From the NCBI GenBank assembly GCA_014905635.1, contig JABVCE010000026.1, positions 62,001-126,000 on the forward strand: a stretch of DNA of 64,000 nt, read 5' to 3'. This stretch comes from Scenedesmus sp. PABB004. Its lineage: Eukaryota. Under the pieces are notes generated by a model that ran no database searches, was not told where the DNA came from, and saw only the letters and a program-made list of their open reading frames with translations. Positions 60,555 through 64,000 of the stretch are shown one piece after another. How positions within the stretch are numbered: position 1 is the stretch's first letter; each line of letters starts with the position of its first letter. A program made the translations under genes and the position numbers.

Positions 60555-61704
60555 GCGCGCGCTCCTAGCACACGGCGGGGCGCAGCGAGCGGGGGCGCAG
60601 CGGCAAAACTGCATGCCTTGCCCTTGGAGCACTTGGAGCGGGGCGGGGGAGAGGGGGCTGCTTCGGCGGCGCGAGCTGTGGGGTCGTGGCGGCAGCGGGC
60701 GGTGGGCCCAAAACCAGAGGGAGGCCGCCAGGGCGCCGGTGTGGCGCTGGCGCGGCGTGTAGCTTGCCTCTTGCTTTTCGCCCCCCGCGATCCGCCGCGG
60801 GGGCAGGCGTCACCGCGTGGCCGGCCGCCGCTGGCGGCGGCGCCGGCCCGGCGCCCGCGCCGCGGCAGGCGTTGCGCGCGCGCGCGTCAGGACCCGCCCC
60901 GACCGCCCAGCCCCCCGCTGCACTGACCCCACGGAGCGCGGCGCCGGCCGCCGCGCCGGCGGCGCCCGGCGCGTCGAGCGGCGGCCGGCAGCGGAGGCCG
61001 CAGCCAGCTGCAGGACCGGCTCGGCTGCGGCCGAGCGCTCCGGCGCGCCGTTCGGGCCGGCCAGCGCTGCCTTGCGCCGCGCCTTCCGGCGCCCTGCGCG
61101 CCCGACTTCTGAGGAGCTGAACCCCGCTGCCCTCCCGCGCCGTGCTGCCGGGGATCGCTGCCCGAAACCTCCCACTGTGTGATCACGAGGACCAGCTCGC
61201 TAGGGACGGCACGCGGTGCGCCACGGAAGCGCGACGACGGGAGGCGCACCTGCACGCCACCACACGCGGCGCGGCAACGCCACACGACAGGTGCGGGCAC
61301 CGCGGGGGCGCCGGGGCGCACGCCGGCGCGTGCAATGGCGGTGCCCGCGGCCGTGTCGCGCGGACGGGGGCGCCAAGGATCGATGCGCGTTGGGCCGGCC
61401 CTCCAGGCCCTTCTTCCCCCGCGCCGGCGGCCCGCCGCGCGCGCCGTGCGCCCCCGCGCCGGCGCGCGCGGGCCGGGGCCGCCTCCGCCGCGCGGCGGGG
61501 CGGCCTCCGCGCGCCGCACGGGCGGGCGCTGCAGAGGCGTGCGCCGGTGACACGCGCGCAGCAGCCCCCCGGACCGCGGCGTTGGCCTGACGTTTTGATT
61601 CTCTGCCCTCTCGCGCAGGCGGACGGACCGGCCGGACGCGCGCAGCAAGGCAGCTCGGAGTAGCGCCCCCGCTCGCGGGCGCAGCCGGACGCGCGGAGCG
61701 CTTT

Positions 61705-63609
61705 ATGACCGCGACCCATGACGCGCCCGCGACGCAGCAGCCCGGCGGCCAGCACGCCGCCTGGGCCGGCGCCGGCGCCTGCGCCGGCGCGGCGCATCAC
61801 GCCGCCCTGAGCGCGCCGGCGGCGGCCTGCGCACGCGAGCCGGGCATGGCCGCGCCCTGGGCGGCGGCGGCGGCGGCGGCGCCCCACGGCGTGCCGGCGC
61901 CGCAGCCCGCCGCGGCGGAGCCCGGGTGCGAGCTCCCGCTCGCGGGCCTGCTCGGCGGCGCGGGCTCCGCGGGGCGGCTGCTGGGCGCGGTCATGGCGAG
62001 TATTGAGGCGGAGCTGACGCGCGAGATCACGCAGTTTGCCGGCCGCGTCGTGGCGCGGCACCGGGAGCAGCTGCTCGCCGAGATCACCGGCCTGGGCGCG
62101 TGCGGCGCGCAGGCGGCGGCGGCCGCGGCGGGCGAGCTCCCGCCGTGCGGCGCGGGCGCGGGCCTGCGCGCGAGCTGCAGCAGCGCGAGCCTCATGGCCG
62201 CGCCGCGCGCGGCCGGCGGCCGCGGCGGCGCGCCGCTGCTCGCGCTGGCGAGCGCGGGCAGCGGCGACTCGGCCGGCAGCGGCTGCGCGGCGCCGCGCCT
62301 CGCGGCGGCCGCGTCGGACGCGTCGCAGCAGACGGCCGGGCTCGTGGCGGCGCGGCAGAGCTGCAGCGGCGCCTGGGCGCCCGCCGGCAGCGCCGGGCAC
62401 GCGCAGTCGTGCGGCTCGCTGCGCGAGCAGGCGCCGAGCCCCGCGCTCTCGCTCGTGACGCTGCCGGGCGGCGGCGGCGACGCTGGCGCGTGCAGCGGCG
62501 CGGGCACGCCCGCGAGCGCGCGCAGCCGCGCGGCCGGCTTCTCGCCGTTTGCGCGGCAGCAGCAGCAGGCGGCGGTGTGCGAGGCGCTCGCCGCGGACGA
62601 GCGCGGCGCGCCGGCCTGCTCCGCCGCGGGCTGCAGCGGCTCCGCCGCGGGCACGCCCGCCAGCGCGCCCGCGCCCGCGCCGCCCGCGGGCGGCGGCGCG
62701 GCGGGCTGCTGGGGCGCCGGCGCGGTGGGGCTGGACGACGACGACGTCGCGCAGCTGCTCGCGGCGATCGAGGGCGACGCGGCGTGCGGCGAGGCGGTCG
62801 CGCCGAGCATCTTCGACGACATCGACGCGCTTCTGCTCGACGACGGGCCCGACGACGCCCTGGGCGCCTGCCTGGCGCCGCCGCACGACGCCCCGCGCGC
62901 CGGCGGCGCCGGCGGCGCGGACGCCCAGCAGCGCCCGGCGCAGCAGCCCGCCCAGCAGGCGGCCCAGCAGGCGGCGGCGCAGCGCCCGGCGCCGGCGCCG
63001 CAGGCGCCCTGCGCGCCCCGGGCGTGCTCGCCCGCGGCGGCGGCGCAGGCGGCGGCGGCAGCGCAGGCGCAGGCGGCGCAGGCCGCGGCGGTCCAGGCCG
63101 CGCTCCAGCAGCAGCAGGCGCTGGTGCAGCACCACCTGCAGCAGGCGCTGCTGTGCCTGACCAAGAAGGCCAAGCCGGCGCAGCAGCAGCAGCACGCTGC
63201 GTACGCGGGGCTGTCGGTGCAGGTGCCGGCCAGCTGCGGCGGCGCGGGCCCCAGCCCGCTGCCGAGCCAGCCGCTGGCGCGCACGAGCAGCTGCCGCTCG
63301 CTGCTGAGCACGCACAGCACCAGCACCGGCGGCGCGACGCCCGCCGGCTCGTGCGGCAGCCCCGCGCCCGTGGTGCAGCGCAAGCGCACGTGGCCGGCCT
63401 GCGCCTCCGCCTGGCCGGCGGACCCGGCGACGCAGCCGCCGGCGTGCCCCGCGCCGAAGCGCCGCGCCGTCGCCGGCGGGTCGGCGGCGCGCGGCCAGCC
63501 GTGGCTGGCGCCGCAGGCGCAGGCGCTGCAGCCGGCCCCGCTCATGGCGCAGATGCCGCCCTGGCTGGCGCGCCAGGTCAGCGTCACGCACTCGCTGGGC
63601 AGCCGCTGA
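61705..63609 (+). CDS. Hypothetical single-exon low-complexity protein
   Basis: 634-aa ORF with a helical segment VMASIEAELTREITQFAGRVVARHREQLLAEI, acidic-hydrophobic patches, Gln/Ala runs and basic clusters RKR and PKRR. Confidence 0.65.
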   Translation: MTATHDAPATQQPGGQHAAWAGAGACAGAAHHAALSAPAAACAREPGMAAPWAAAAAAAPHGVPAPQPAAAEPGCELPLAGLLGGAGSAGRLLGAVMASIEAELTREITQFAGRVVARHREQLLAEITGLGACGAQAAAAAAGELPPCGAGAGLRASCSSASLMAAPRAAGGRGGAPLLALASAGSGDSAGSGCAAPRLAAAASDASQQTAGLVAARQSCSGAWAPAGSAGHAQSCGSLREQAPSPALSLVTLPGGGGDAGACSGAGTPASARSRAAGFSPFARQQQQAAVCEALAADERGAPACSAAGCSGSAAGTPASAPAPAPPAGGGAAGCWGAGAVGLDDDDVAQLLAAIEGDAACGEAVAPSIFDDIDALLLDDGPDDALGACLAPPHDAPRAGGAGGADAQQRPAQQPAQQAAQQAAAQRPAPAPQAPCAPRACSPAAAAQAAAAAQAQAAQAAAVQAALQQQQALVQHHLQQALLCLTKKAKPAQQQQHAAYAGLSVQVPASCGGAGPSPLPSQPLARTSSCRSLLSTHSTSTGGATPAGSCGSPAPVVQRKRTWPACASAWPADPATQPPACPAPKRRAVAGGSAARGQPWLAPQAQALQPAPLMAQMPPWLARQVSVTHSLGSR

Positions 63610-64000
63610 GCCGGCGAGCAACGACGGCGGCGGCCCCTGCGCCGCACCAACGTGCCACGGGCGCCGGATGGACGGGGAACGGACCACGGCTGGTTGACGC
63701 ACCAACGCGCAGCGCGCGAGCGCGCACGAGTGACGGTGATCGCTAGTTGCACGCACCACGCACTCCCTGGCACGCCTTGCGACACAGGCGAGCGTGCAGC
63801 TGCGCAGGAGAGGCTGCGAGCAGGGCGGCGGCCGCGGGGCGGCGGCGCGGTGCTGGCGCCTCGAGCGCTTGCTCCGCAGCGCGCCGCCGCTCCCCCGCGC
63901 CCTGGGTCCCTGTGCTCGTTTCCGAACGATCGGCCCGCGCGGCGGCCGTGTGATTGCGCCCGCCCGCCGGGCGGGCGAGTGGGTTCGTCCGCTGTTGCTG

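Overview
Gene-dense, extremely GC-rich eukaryotic nuclear DNA. Gene content, short GC-rich introns and (GCGCG)n/(CA)n microsatellites point to a chlorophyte green alga, probably Sphaeropleales; this taxon is inferred. Most ORFs in the six-frame track are GC artefacts or read through introns. By manual splicing I find about 27 protein-coding genes: a bZIP factor, WDR76/CMR1-like WD40 protein, mercaptopyruvate sulfurtransferase, NIMA-related kinase, TcdA-like ThiF enzyme, LTO1-like protein, BCKDH E1-beta, beta-carbonic anhydrase, LCAT-family lipase, alanine aminotransferase, ELP6, RST1/focadhesin, two SBP-box factors, DRC10-like protein, alpha/beta hydrolase, FAS1 protein, CRT-like transporter, prephenate aminotransferase, a HIG1-like protein and several unknowns. 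Three observations stand out. (1) Two divergent SBP-box genes share a near-identical ~660-bp inverted repeat, introns included, but have different tails, which could make the promoter spacer invertible. (2) A ~370-bp upstream segment is shared between one SBP gene and an unrelated hydrolase gene. (3) At least 12 introns use GC-AG splice sites. No rRNA, tRNA, CRISPR array or transposase was recognised. Family calls come from motifs recognised by eye, not from database searches. CDS coordinates span start to stop and include introns.
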